A stretch of 64,000 bases of DNA, from NCBI RefSeq assembly GCF_006345805.1, contig NC_042998.1, forward strand, positions 189,348,001-189,412,000. Direction: 5' to 3'. This DNA comes from Octopus sinensis (taxonomy: Eukaryota). A program made the position numbers and the translations under genes. Of this stretch, positions 12,626-25,146 are shown one piece after another. Each line of letters begins with the position of its first letter. The stretch's first letter is position 1. The notes under the pieces are model-generated. The model saw only the letters and a program-made list of their open reading frames with translations. It ran no database searches and had not been told where the DNA came from.

Positions 12626-13939
12626 GTAATATTTGGTTTTCCTTTTTACTGTTAAATGTATTATACACTTGTTTTGGCGATCTTTCGTCTCTAGTACACC
12701 TTTCCGTCGATTACACAACATACTGTCTGTCTCTCACACCCCATCAAACACACACACACATGTACATAAATGCTCCCATGCACGGTAACTTCAAAAGAAC
12801 TTCCCTCGTCATACAATCGCTTTCTCTTAGTCTCTTTCGCTCTCATTACTTCAAAAGTTCCCGCAAGCCCATATGTAAAAAAAAATAAATTTTTACGGAA
12901 ATCGACGGAAAGGTCTACTAGAGACGAAAGATTGCCCTTGTTTTAATTAAAACTAGTGAAAACAGACACATAAATGATAGAGGTAATTGCTCAGATTAGG
13001 TTCGTAAAATCAAAACGTATTGTCGATAATATTGATAACTTTATTTTAGTTTCAGTTGTTTTCGTTTTTACCCACTTTTTGTTTATTTTACATCTTTATT
13101 GAGGCGTACCTTTAGCTGCAAGTCTGTTTTATGAAAGGAAAGAAGAAAGCAGAAGGAAACGATAGCTAGATAACCAGTCAGAAATACAGATTTATATATG
13201 AGAGATATAAATAGATAGTTTTATAAGTCGAGTAAATAATGATTTTCTCCAAAGCGAAGCTTGGAATCAATTGTAAATAAGAGATACAGATGACGAGGGG
13301 CGATAAGAATGAGTAAAAGTATCAGATAGTATACTCTGCTGTGTTTAGTTATGTCCCTTCACTTTTTTTACGAACGTAAACTGAACAATTACCTAGATAG
13401 ATAAACAATAATAATAATTTCTATATTAGTCACTAGACTACAAATCTTTGGATGAGGAATGCAGTCAATTAAATCAACTTCTGTACTTATTTTAAAGAGA
13501 AAGTAGGCCGAAAGTCTGAACGTAAAGGGACGTAATTAAATAGTTTATGTTCTAAACGTGAAGGTTTTTGTCCTTAGCGAATTTTGTGCTACGTCCGTGC
13601 ACGTGCGTGCGTGGTCTAACACACACACACACGGATGGGTAGTGTCGATCACAAATATAATTTAAGACAGGGCAGATCACTCAAGGATGAGAAGTCGTTA
13701 CCGAGGCCACCCTGTAATTCTTAATATCTTCTCTTGCAATAATTTCTGCAAATTGGGCTCTCTATAACTGCCTGTAAGATCTGTAGCGAAGCACAAAGAA
13801 GCCGGCTCCGTTTTGAAACAGCGAGATCTCGCCTGCAACCATTGCCATACGCGATACAAAAACAAGACCTTGCCTGCAACCATTATTTAAGGAAAAGACA
13901 ACATTTTCCCCTCTCATCCTTCTCACGCTTTACATAGTG

Positions 13940-14650
13940 TTGGTGTTGATTTGGTGTATTTGTTGATTGTGTGAGGAGTTGTCGACTGTTTTGTGCTGCT
14001 TTCCAGCTGTTTTCTGGTTGTGATTTCTCTCCGTCTTGAGGAGGGTCGGCAATGTCAACAGTAGGTCCGAATTGTCGTCTTCGGAGGAGGAACTCGTACG
14101 AGCAGTTGATAGGATGGACAAGTGCTTAAGGAAGAAAAGCTTTGCGGAAGTGACAGAAGTCACAAAAAAGGAGGGGGACCTGACAAACATAGAAAAATAT
14201 GAGGAGATGGCATGTAGGGCAGGTGGTGACGTTAAGTTGTCACCACCCCAGAAAGTATTGGAAGAGATGGATAAGAAAACTATAGTATACAAAGTGTAGT
14301 CTGTGGCAGAAAAGAAGATAGAAAATGTAGGAGCAGAAATAATAGAAAAGGCTTTGAGCTCTGTCTGGCAAGATATAACATATGCCAGAGGAAGTAAATA
14401 TGGAACAATTGTGGTCCATTTCAAGGACCACAAGAAAAGCAAAAGAACACACTGTAACCACAATAAAGTGGTCCTTCTACCCACTTGGAGAAAGGACTTC
14501 CAGGATTAGGGTGGAGGGAATCCCACTGGAAATAGATGTAGCTTGGGTTGCGGTGGCTGTTCTTCAGAGAAGTAAAGAAGAAATAGCCATCTTCCAAGCC
14601 ACAAAAACAGAAAATTCGGTATAGAAAGGCCAAACACTGGACCTGATCAT
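13940..14650 (+). mobile_element. Decayed non-LTR retrotransposon ORF1-like fragment (L1/Tx1-like?)
   Basis: Broken frames with KKSFAEV and RIRVEGIP segments. Family assignment is weak. Confidence 0.4.
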
Positions 14651-14659
14651 ACTGAAGGC

Positions 14660-15874
14660 ACAATCCTTTGTGACACAGCTACTGGTTCTCACAGGTCATT
14701 TGTACCTGCGAACCACCAGCGTTCCATTTTTGATGCCTTGCATTCACTGTCACATCCTGGCATTGCTGCCTCAAAGAAGCTTATTATGGCTCGGTTTTTC
14801 TGACCTAATATACACAGGATGATCACCACTTGGGCACACAGTCATGTCAAATGCCAGCTTTCTAAAATCCCCATTCGTGCTCCTCTTGGACAGTTTTCTC
14901 CGCCAGAGACTTGTTTTTGCCATGTCCACATGGATCTGGTTGGACCATGGCCTGTCAGTCACGGTTTCTCTTACATATTAACATGTGTCGATCGTTTTTC
15001 TCGTTGGCCTGAAGCCATTCCAATAGTGGACATTTCTGCTGAGTCAGTTGCTCGAGCTTTTGTTTCTAATTGGATTGCTCATTTTGGCATTCCAGCCAGT
15101 TTGAAGCTTCCTTATTTTGTGAATTATCACGAATCCTAGGTGTTCATCACATTTGAACAACCACCTACCATCCAGCTTCCAATGAGATGGTCGAACAGTT
15201 TCACAGGCAACTGAAGGCTGCTCTATGCGCCACTCCTGATCCACAGTCTTGGACAGAATTCCCGCTTATCGTTCTCCTTGGTTGTCGCACTGCTGTTAAG
15301 ACAAACTTAGGTTTCTCCTCTGCCGAACTCCTTTATGGTACCACCTTGGTACTTCCTGGTACAATGTTAGCTCTATTTTTTGAGTCTTTCACCAATGTAT
15401 CTGCATGACCAATCTATTCCCTCTCACCTCCCACCAGACATTGACAAGTGGACTCATGTTTGTGCGGGACGATTCTTTCAAAGGACCGCTCATTTCTCCC
15501 TGTAAAGGACTGTTTCATGTGCTATCGTGCACACCCAAAGCTTTTAGTCTCGACATTAATGGTCGGGCAGAGACCGTGTCAGTCGACTGACTTAAAAAGG
15601 CGTATTTTTAGGTTTCCACACCCTTCGATGACACCCTTTGAAGACATTGAAGCCAGGAGCTCACAGCGGACTTTTGTCCTACTGTGATACCACATGCATT
15701 TTCTCCGGAGGTTATTGAACCTCACGTGTATGGGAGAGAAGGCTAACTACATGCTGCTGTGAAGATGGTTACTGAAAGCAAACCCCTTGTACAAAGCACC
15801 CATGAATAAATGTTTATTGAATTTACTCCACCTGAGAACTTCATTCTTCGTGTTTCCAGCTCCTTGAATCAACA
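14660..15874 (+). mobile_element. Ty3/gypsy integrase remnant plus probable 3' LTR (15683-15874)
   Basis: LHSLSHPG...C zinc-binding region and HVHMDLVGP...LTCVDRFSRWPEAIP core. Frameshifts. TG...CA segment with AATAAA. Confidence 0.85.
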
Positions 15875-15879
15875 GAATA

Positions 15880-17045
15880 ATTGTAATGGAAGAAGATACC
15901 CCAAAAGTATCATAAAAACTTTCCTTCCATTATAGATCTTTTTTGCTAACTGAGCTGTGGAAGATCCCACATTTTCTGGGGTTGCAATTCCTTAGTGGTC
16001 TTTGGATTGCTAACGTTGTATTTATTAAATGCCTATCATTTAAGGGGTTCTAGTTCTTGCTTCCAACTTGTTCCCAATCAGCACAATATCTGCTTTTTTC
16101 CCGTGTCAGAACCAGTCTAAGGTCAAGTAGAATAGAGTTTTCTTTCCAGATTGCTGTAAATTTCTGATGATCCTTGAGTAGCTCCTGTTGAAGGACAGCC
16201 AGTCTCTTGCTAGCCCTTTGTCCGGGGTCACTCTATAACATCGCTCTATGCTTTTTCTTCTTATTTCGATGGTAGTCCAATCTACTTCACCTATCATCTA
16301 CCTATTACCATCAGATAATGAAATGGCACTGCTGGTCATTGGTAGTCCAATCTACTTCACCTATCATCTCCCTATCACCATCAGATAATGAGATGGCACT
16401 GCTGGTCATGACTTCTGGCTAGTCCTGTATTGAGAGACGAGGTCCTTTGGCCTCTTTGTGCTCTTTCTTTTTATTGATCCCTGCTATAGAACATAAGGTG
16501 ATTTTTTTTTTTTGCTCTGACTATCCTTGAAGTTACTACCAGTTGTGCTCTGGAAACAGCTTCTGAGGCTTCTTATAGTTATTACTGTCTCTACTGTTGT
16601 CTGTAACCCTATTTCCTCCACTGCATTTCCTCTTTCTCTAGCAGAAAGTCATCAAGAGATCATATTTCCATGTGTAGTAACTAGCCTTTCTGCTCTGCAC
16701 TACCATTCTGTTTGCTTTCCTTTTTACTCTTATGATGAGACACAACTTCAGGATAGTCTTATAATCTTTGACAATCATTAGGACCTACACGTTCGTGCTG
16801 TGCTATAACCTCACCTTGCTGTACTGTGTTATAAAGATGCTTTCAAGACAAAGGTCAACATCTGTAGCAATATTCTTTGCTAGGACACTTGTTTTGTCTC
16901 TCCATATATTGCAGCACGAGCTTTGTTTTCTTACTTTGTCTTGAATCTTAAAGACCAAGCACATACTTTTATACTGCTGGATGCTCTTGTCTCTAACCCT
17001 TATTTGTAAGCAGTCTCTTATTCCATACACCTTTGAAGGCACAAA
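15880..17045 (-). mobile_element. Decayed LINE ORF2-like 3' fragment
   Basis: Broken minus-strand frames of coding-like composition. No diagnostic motif recognised. Confidence 0.35.
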
Positions 17046-17368
17046 GCCTGCAGATGATTTGTTGATAGGAAAATGACAACATTATTGCTTGTACTTTAAC
17101 TATTTTCAGTGCAGTATAAATGTAAACAAACACACATCCTCATCATCATCATCATCATTTTATGTTCGTTTTTTCATGCCGGTATGGGTTGGACAGCTTG
17201 ATAGTAACTGGTAAGGCCAGGAGCCACACCAGGTTCCATAGTCTGTTTTGGTTTGACTTCTATGGCTGGGGTGCACTTCCTGATGCCAACCACTCCACAG
17301 AGTGTACTTTTTATGTGTCACCATCACCAATGCTTTTAAGGGGCACCAGCAATATATATATATATATA

Positions 17369-17535
17369 GTTAATCCAAACATGAAAACACAAAGAGAAAA
17401 CACAACAACGTGAGGACGTGGAACAAGTATAGTATTATTGGATGCTCAGGAAAGAAGGAGGGTTTAACGTTTCGAGCGGAGCTCTTCGTCAGAAACATAG
17501 GAAAAGGAAAGATCCAAAGAAGGGAAGACGGAGGA
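17369..17535 (-). mobile_element. Probable Penelope-like element terminal fragment
   Basis: 167-bp HHR-bearing segment bounded on both sides by (TA)n. Confidence 0.5.
17463..17496 (-). ncRNA. Minimal hammerhead motif of Penelope-like-element type
   Basis: Minus strand reads GTTT-CTGACGA-A-GAGC TCC GCTC-GAAA-CGT-T-AAAC. Confidence 0.65.
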
Positions 17536-17923
17536 ATATATATATATATATATATATAACTGGTTTTCAGTTTTTGTTTATCAAATCCACTTGCATAGCT
17601 TTATAGAAGAAAAAAAATTGCTCAGTGTGCTGTACAGTAGGACAGAACCCAAACCGTGAGTTGAGAAGAGCCTTCTTAACCCCGGAGCCATATTTGTACC
17701 TTATACATACATACATGCATGCTGTACATGATTTGAAAGTACATTTGTTCTTCAGTGTTTTTGGCTTTCATCTTATGTCACATAGTTATGAATATATGCA
17801 CACATACACTGACATACATGCACAGAAATATTCATATATATATATATATATAGATACATACACATTCATCCGATGTATGTGTGTATATATAATCCTCAGT
17901 TATTCTTTACATCTCATCTACAG

Positions 17924-18185
17924 GTAAAAAGAATTCTGGCTGTTCTCATTACACACCACATAGTAAAGTTCAACGTGAACAAGAAAGGTCTAATTGAGTA
18001 TAACATTAGCATTAAAATAATTTTATCTCGAGTACGCTTCCCTATTTATATCTGCACTTCAAAAACCCTTTATGGAGATGCGGCTGAACTCTTGGTTGAA
18101 GAACTTCTGCAGAGAGGTGAAGCTACCATGGAAACTGTTGTCAACAAAGTAACGGAACGGCTAAATGAAGCATTGGAGGCCTCAG
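17924..18185 (+). CDS. POLR3C: POLR3C coding exon 2 (VKRILAVLITHHIV...NEALEAS)
   Basis: Matches VKKALCVLVQHNLV...KTLYSDTGELIVEELL of RPC62. CAG acceptor, G|GTAAT donor, phase 0-1. Confidence 0.95.
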
Positions 18186-19710
18186 GTAATATATATTTAA
18201 TTTCTACTCTTTCACGCCTATATAGTGAAACATCATCATCATCATCATCATTGTTTAACGTCCGTTTTCCATGCTAGCATGGGTTGGACGGTTCAACTGG
18301 GGTCTGGGAAGCCAGAAGGCTGTGCCAGGCCCAGTCTGATCTGGCAGTGTTTCTACAGCTGGATGCCCTTCCTAACGCCAACCACTCCGTGAGTGTAGTG
18401 GGTGCTTTTTACGTGCCACCTGCACAGGTGCCAGACGAGGCTGGCAAATGCCCATGATCGGATGGTGCTTTTTACGTGCCACCGGCACGGAGGCCAGTCG
18501 GGGCGGCGAGAAAACTCTTAAGTTGTTGCTCCACCTGCTGAAAATATCAGCTTAAACTTCTTCAAATCTTATCTGACCATCTTAAAAAGTGAATGACAAA
18601 CTGAATGATAATAAAGTCCTAAATATACTGTGACTGTATGTACTTGTGGAGTGGTCACACAGTCTGCTCAATCAATGTTGCCCTGAGGCTGAAAGTTATC
18701 AAAATATGAAATGTGTCAAAATATGAAATATGTCAAAAAATCTCTTTTATTTACGCAACTCTTTGATGTTGTTTTAGAGGGGATTTTGTTGTAGTAGTTC
18801 TTTTTGTTGTTGTTGTATTTCACCTCCTGTCACAATCCTTAGTCACCCAATACACACATCATCATCATCGTTTAACATCCGTTCTCCATGCTAGCATGGG
18901 TTGGACGGTTCGACCGGGGATCTGGGAAGCCAGAAGGCTGCACCAGGCCCCGGTCTTTTCTGGCAATGTTTCTACAGCTGGATGCCCTTCCTAACGCCAA
19001 CCACTCCGTGAGTGTAGTGGGTGCTTTTTACGTGCCACCTGCACTGGAGCCAGGCGAGGCTGGCATCGGCCACGGTCGGATTGGTGCATTTTACGTGCCA
19101 CCTGCACGGAAGCCAGTCGAGGCGGCACTGGCTTCGGCAATAGAGAAAAATCATCAAGCTCTGTGTGCTACATTTGATTTTTAATTCACTTTTAGAATGG
19201 TTTTTGTGTTGGATGTCACTTTTGTCACCAATCACTTTACAGTATGACTTGGACACATTTTATCATGCTATCAGCCCCAGAGGAGTGATCTGTTGTTGAC
19301 TAAAGTGTTACTTTACCTCAATTTTTATTTTGAATTATTGTCCTAGATACATTGCCTGCACAGTGGTTTATATTCATTTCTTTCTTTTTTGTTTGGTACT
19401 ATTTGGTATGGATATCTTTCCTGCCACCAACCACTTTATCTTGTGGAATGGATGCATTTTATCATACCACAGACTGTCTGTTGCTGGATTAAAAAACTTC
19501 TGCTTTGTGTTATATCATATTTATATGTAACACCACCACAACAGACTACTTTCTGATCTGTGTCAGATTGACAGAATGCAAAAGAAATCACTGCTTAGTA
19601 CTGTTAGATAAATACTAAAATATAAATGAACTCCTTCATTAAACTGAAAATGAATTAATTAAATGTATTTAATCTTATCGTTAATGTTTTCTTCATTTTT
19701 GTCATTTTAG

Positions 19711-19869
19711 GTCATCCAAAAATTTCATCAACTTTAGTAAAAGATAAATTTGTAAGCCTTGTTCAAACACACTTCATTCAGCGATGTTTGACACCAATGA
19801 GGGATAGCGGAGGTCGTGTTATCTCCCTTGGTACACCTGAAGACCCTGACATTTGCCATGTAATTCCAG
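19711..19869 (+). CDS. POLR3C: POLR3C coding exon 3 (GHPKISSTLVKDKFVSLVQTHFIQRC...)
   Basis: THFIQRC matches THFVQRC. TTTTAG acceptor, GTTAGT donor, phase 1-1. Confidence 0.92.
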
Positions 19870-20703
19870 GTTAGTTCATTATCATTCATCATCATCGTTT
19901 AACATCCGCTTTCCATGCTAGCATGGGTTGGACGGTTCAACTGGGGTCTGGGAAGCCAGGAGGCTGCACCAGGCTCCAGTCTGATCTGGCAGTGTTTCTA
20001 CAGCTGGATACCCTTCCTAACGCCAACCACTCTGTGAGTGTAGTGGGTGCTTTTCACGTGCCACAGGCACAGGTTCCAGGCGAGGCTGGCAATGACCACG
20101 ATCGGTTGGTACTTTTTACGTGCCACATTATTTTTTATGTCCACTTTTTCAGACTGGTATGAGTAGGATGGGACTTTTTGAGGCAGTATTTTATGGTCAG
20201 ATATCCTTCCTAATACCAGTTCTTTTTGTTACCGCTAGCTGTAGTAGAATTGTTAAAAAAATCATGGAACCTTAGGTAAGTAGAACACAACTTATGCTGT
20301 TGGATATGAACTCATGACTGTGAAACAAAAACTTTTGTATCTGATCACATTAGCTGTTGCAATTGTTACAGTAACTATTGTTGTTTAGCCTTCAACCAGC
20401 CCTGATCAAGATGACCTGTTATCAAAAAATAACCTGTGATTCCAGCAGGATCATTTCATCTTTTTGTATATCAGGAACACTACATTGTCAAGATATCCTT
20501 CTTTATTTAAGATAGTAAGATATTGTTAGAAGTCTGGCTGTTATTTCTAGCAAATTGAGTGACTATGCAGAAGTATGGTTCCTTATTACAATTTAAAGTG
20601 AAGGATTTTTAGCAAAGGGTGTGTGTGAATTTATACCTTTCTCAAAGGTATGGTAGATGGAAGTGTAATGTTTTCGATTGAAACCGAAACTAGGTTCCAG
20701 ATA

Positions 20704-21045
20704 TAATAATAATGAAATTATTGTATACAGCGCTCAGGTGCACCACAGCTTGTCAAAAGTGCGTATAAAGCATATGCAGTAATGTACAAATATCTGGGAA
20801 GTGAACAGTGTATGAGTCAGATACATGCTTGCGTGTGTATGGAGGGAAGAAAATCAGGTGTAGTGTTGGTGTATCTTTGGAAGTTTTGAAGGATGCAGTG
20901 CTCCGACAACTAACAACTGATGCCGGTAGTTTGTTCCATACTTAAGCAACTCTTAGTGTGAAAAAATGTTTCTAAAAGTCATGGGAACTGTGCTGTTTTC
21001 TGACTTTGTAAATATGTCCACGGGTGTTAGACAGGTGGAGTTTGA
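20704..21045 (-). mobile_element. CR1-type LINE 3' end
   Basis: Reverse complement of the 3' part of the 21571-22135 copy, with an (ATT)n tail. Confidence 0.85.
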
Positions 21046-21570
21046 GTTCACTAAGAACTTAACCACTATAGAACCTATGCCAATAAAGGAACCTTCACAA
21101 AGTCACTCTGCCTGTTAGAAATAGCTGTCAAATTCCTTCAAATCATACCTACCGTCATAAAAAAAAAAAAAGGGTACATTAGATCATGTAGTCTCAATAT
21201 ACCAAAAGAAATTTGAAATATCAGCATTGTTGTGTGGTTAAGAAGTTTGCTTCACAATTATATGATTATAAGTTCAAACACCTATGCAGCACCTTCAGCT
21301 CTTGTCTTCTACTTCAGACCCAGTTGATCACTGTTTTGTGAGTGAACTTGGTACACAGAAACTGTAGGATGTGTGCCATATATACATAAACATGCATATG
21401 TATCTATATGTGTGTATGTATATATTTGTGTGTGTGCACATGCAAATGTGTATATATACTGATACTAAAATCAATCAAACAAAATAGATCCCTATCGCTT
21501 TTTTTATGCTTGGTAGCCCTGACATGGTTTCTACAGTTCGATGCCCTTCCTAAGCCAGCCACTCCACAGA

Positions 21571-22135
21571 ACCCCTATCTTGCCCAGGATATTAATTGTC
21601 TGGAAGCCATTCAGCAACGTGCAACCAAGAGAATACCCTTCATCAGGCATTTGCCATATTCTGAACACCTTACTTCCCTGGGCATGGATACATTGAAACT
21701 CCGATGTCTGGCAGCTGACTTGGCAGACACCCATAAAATTATTAACCATCTTACAAACAATAACTCTGAGCACTTTTTCAAACTCCACCTGTCTAACACC
21801 CGTGGACATGTTTACAAAGTCAGAAAACAGCACAGCTCCCATGACTTTCGGAATCATTTTTTCACGCTAAGTGTTGCTGAAGTATGGAACAAATTACTGC
21901 CATCAGTTGTTAGTTGTCGGAGCACTGCATCCTTCAAAACTTCCATGCTTTCTGAGATTCACCAACACTACACCTGATTTTCTCCCCTCTATACACACGC
22001 AAGCATGTATCTGACTCATACACTGTTCCCTTTCCAGACATTTGTACATTACTGCATACGCTTTATACACACTTTTGACAAGTTGTGGTGCACCTGCGCA
22101 CTGTATACAATAATTTCATTATTATTATTATTATT
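21571..22135 (+). mobile_element. CR1-type LINE 3' end
   Basis: IQQRATKRIP...TRGH.YK...FFTLSVAEVWNKL matches the CR1 ORF2 C-terminus. (ATT)n tail. Confidence 0.88.
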
Positions 22136-22474
22136 TTAATATACTGGGTGCTTTTTATGTGGAACCAGCATGAGTGCTATAAAATACTAGCATGTTATTT
22201 AAAAGGTGGATTAGTTCTGTGTTTATCGTGTTTATTTCTTTCAACAGTATGGTGTATTATACCCTGGTAACTATGGAAGGCAAGGTGATGTGTACTTTTA
22301 CAAATTATATTTCTGTTCCAAACACACATTTTATCCCTAATGATATGATATAAAACATCGACCCTTCAGCTTGTGTAAGCCAGCATGTTAATATTTTAAG
22401 CAATTAGAACTTTCACAAAGAAATGTCTGTTGAGAAACACTGTCTTTATTCCTTGTGCCCTTCTTTTTTTCCAG

Positions 22475-22533
22475 TTAATACCCAAAGAAGGAGATCAGAT
22501 AGTCCTCCATCTGCTAAAGCAATGAAGATCTCT
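22475..22533 (+). CDS. POLR3C: POLR3C coding exon 4 (VNTQRRRSDSPPSAKAMKIS)
   Basis: Basic RRRS segment as in RPC62 KRRRSS. Long pyrimidine tract plus CAG, GTAAGT donor, phase 1-0. Confidence 0.85.
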
Positions 22534-22619
22534 GTAAGTTACAGCCATTCAATTTTACAACCTTTTTCATACACTGAAATTTTCAAGTTCTTCATGTTCT
22601 AAGTTATGTAGTGGCTGTG

Positions 22620-22995
22620 TTACTAGTTGTAATAGTAGTGGTGATGATACCGGTGGTAGTGGTAGCAGTGGTGGTAGTAACGATAGTAGTGGTTGTTATG
22701 ACTAGTGGTGGTAGTAGTTATTGTGATGGTGGTGATGCTAGTGGTAGTGGTAACAGGCAGTGGTAGTAGTTGTAAAGCTGGTGGTAGTCAAGGTAATAGC
22801 AACACTGGTAGTGGTGGTAACAGTAGTAGTGTCAGTGGTTGTTGTAACAGTAGTAGTGGATGTGATGGTGGTGATGCCACTGGTAGTGGTAACAGGCAGT
22901 AACAGTTGGTATGGTAGTAGTAGTAGTAACAGTAGCAGTGGTAGCATTTGATGTAGTGGTGGTAAGGGTGACAAATGCAGTAGTTGTAGTAGTGG
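22620..22995. repeat. Degenerate (GTA/GTG)n trinucleotide tract
   Basis: Directly visible. It produces the spurious V-, S- and T-rich ORFs. Confidence 0.9.
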
Positions 22996-23048
22996 TGGTA
23001 TTGGTGTTGGGCAGAAATTAAAAAAATGTTTTTACTTCTATCACACAG

Positions 23049-23153
23049 GAGAACAACACTGATACAGTTTACTGGAAAGTTGACTTTGACCGTTTCCATC
23101 AACATTTCCGTGACCAAGCCATCATTTCTGCTATGCTGAACAAAATTGATAAG
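23049..23153 (+). CDS. POLR3C: POLR3C coding exon 5 (ENNTDTVYWKVDFDRFHQHFRDQAIISAMLNKIDK)
   Basis: DRFHQHFRDQAI is identical to the remembered human motif. CAG acceptor, GTTGGT donor. Confidence 0.96.
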
Positions 23154-23995
23154 GTTGGTTTCTTTGACTTTATATGTGTGTGTATGTATATCATCATCAT
23201 TTAACGTCCGTTTTCCATGCTGGCATGGGATGGACGGTTCGACCGGGGTCTGGGAAGCCAGGAGGCTGCACCAGGCTCCAGTCTGATCTGGTAGTGTTTC
23301 TACAGCTGGATGCCCTTCCTAACACCAAGCACTCCGTGAGTGTAGTGGGTGCTTTTTACGTGCCACTGGCACAGATACCAGGGGAGGCTGGCAATGGCCA
23401 CGATCGGTTGGTGCATTTTACGTGCCACCGGCATGGACATGGTTGTAAATGCACATCACTATCATGCAAGTGATGTTGTTTGTTTCCAATCTTCCTTGAA
23501 AATATATTCAGCCTTGGGGATATAATACAGATGAGGGACGATGACAGGAAGGGCATCTGGTCGTAGAAAATCTACCTCAACAAATTCCATCTGAATCATA
23601 CAAAATCATGGAAAAGTGGACATTAAATGCTGCTTATAATGATGATGACCATTCGAGCGTAGCCGATACCAGTGTCACCTGACTGGCAGCATGTCAAAAT
23701 CACCATTCAAGCTTGGCTGATGCCAGTGTCACTTGACTGGTATCTGTGCTGGTAGCACATAAAAATCACCATTCGAGCATGGCTGATGCCAGTACCACAC
23801 AGTCATACCTACATGGATGTTGATATTCTATACTTCTGATCACTTGAATGAAATAATGATGATGTTTATATTCTTTGTTGACATTTTGACTAATTGTAAA
23901 TATTACAAAAAATTAGGTTTCAGTTCTAGTGATGATGTAAATATGCTCCCAAAATTTCTTAATTCAGACTTGAAATCCCTGTTTTATTTTCCTAG

Positions 23996-24088
23996 AAAGC
24001 TTCTGAAATAATCCGCACCATGCTTCGGATTAGTGAGACTAACACTACTGCTGATTCCCTTATTACCACACCAATCTCCATTAATGAG
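23996..24088 (+). CDS. POLR3C: POLR3C coding exon 6 (KASEIIRTMLRISE...ISINE)
   Basis: Matches SSEIVRTMLRMSE...LSSNE. TAG acceptor, GTAAGA donor. Confidence 0.95.
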
Positions 24089-24629
24089 GTAAGATCTAAA
24101 TATTCTGCATTTGCTGTGTCTATGAAACTATATGTGAGATGTAAATGAACAAAACTCCACAGTGGAGAGTTGTTGTTATTGCTTGACAAGTTAATCTCGA
24201 TTAAGTAGATCCCAATCAAAAATGTTCCAGCCATGGTCATCTTGTTTATTCATTATCCAAGACTACATTATCCAATGTGTCCTTCCTCCTTTATGATATG
24301 ATCTGAGGGAATTGCGGCTGCTATTTCAAGCAGGTTGACATACAAAAGCTCACCCATTAGTAGTTGTTTTTGTTGTTTAGCCCCAAGTCTGTCTGTTTTT
24401 TACTAGAACTTTGGTCTTTGCTAATTTAACTTTAAGACTATTTGATTCCAGGTTTTGTTTCCAGACTTGGTTTATATATATATATATATCATCATTGTTT
24501 AACGTCTGCTTTCCATGCTGGCATGGGTTGGATGGTTTGACTGAGGACTGGCAAGCCAGGAGGCTGCACCAGGCTCCAATCTGATCTGGCAAGGTTTCTA
24601 CAGTTGGATGCCCTTCCTAATGCCAACCG

Positions 24630-25040
24630 CTCCGAAAGTACCCAAGACTCGTTCGTTGAAAACATGCTTTGTTTCAACAAGACAATGCAAAACCACATAC
24701 CTCCAGAAAGACCAGCAACAAGATTGAAGAATTGGACGGTGTGTAAGTTCTTCTGCATCCAGCCTATAGTCTAGATGTTGCTCCATCTGACTCTGGCCTC
24801 TTCCGATCAATGCAGCACTTTATGGAAGGTCACCGATTGGAGTCATTCGATGACATCGAAGAAGCTTGTCAAGAATTTTTCAATTCAAAGCTGAACAAAT
24901 CCGAAAGCTTGCTGATTGTTGGCAGAAAGTTGTGGAAGATGATGGTCTTAAATTTTGAAGAATAGTTGTTGTTTTTGAATAAATTCTTGCATAAAAAATC
25001 ATTATTTTAACATGCCGCACAAACTTTTTTCTCAACCTAG
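24630..25040 (+). pseudogene. Mariner transposase 3' remnant with right TIR
   Basis: FQQDNAKPH and HPAYSLDVAPSD match the DNARPH and HPPYSPDLAPSD mariner motifs. In-frame stop. Ends CAACCTAG followed by TA. Confidence 0.85.
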
Positions 25041-25068
25041 TATTGATATCCTTATCTTTCTTTATTAG

Positions 25069-25146
25069 ATATTCATCAATCTTCCTAAGGAACTTGAAAT
25101 TACAAAACCCATCCTTGAGCAGTACCTCTCTGTCATGTGTGATGAT
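25069..25146 (+). CDS. POLR3C: POLR3C coding exon 7 (IFINLPKELEITKPILEQYLSVMCDD)
   Basis: Matches IFRSLP...VLDQYLTLLADD. TAG acceptor, GTATGT donor. Confidence 0.93.

Noticed and set aside
13940-17045. Twin-priming inversion of a single LINE
   Set aside because: The geometry is wrong, because the ORF1-like piece lies on the 3'-end side of the minus-strand fragment.
22705-23117. V-, S- and T-rich ORFs
   Set aside because: They arise from the trinucleotide low-complexity tract.
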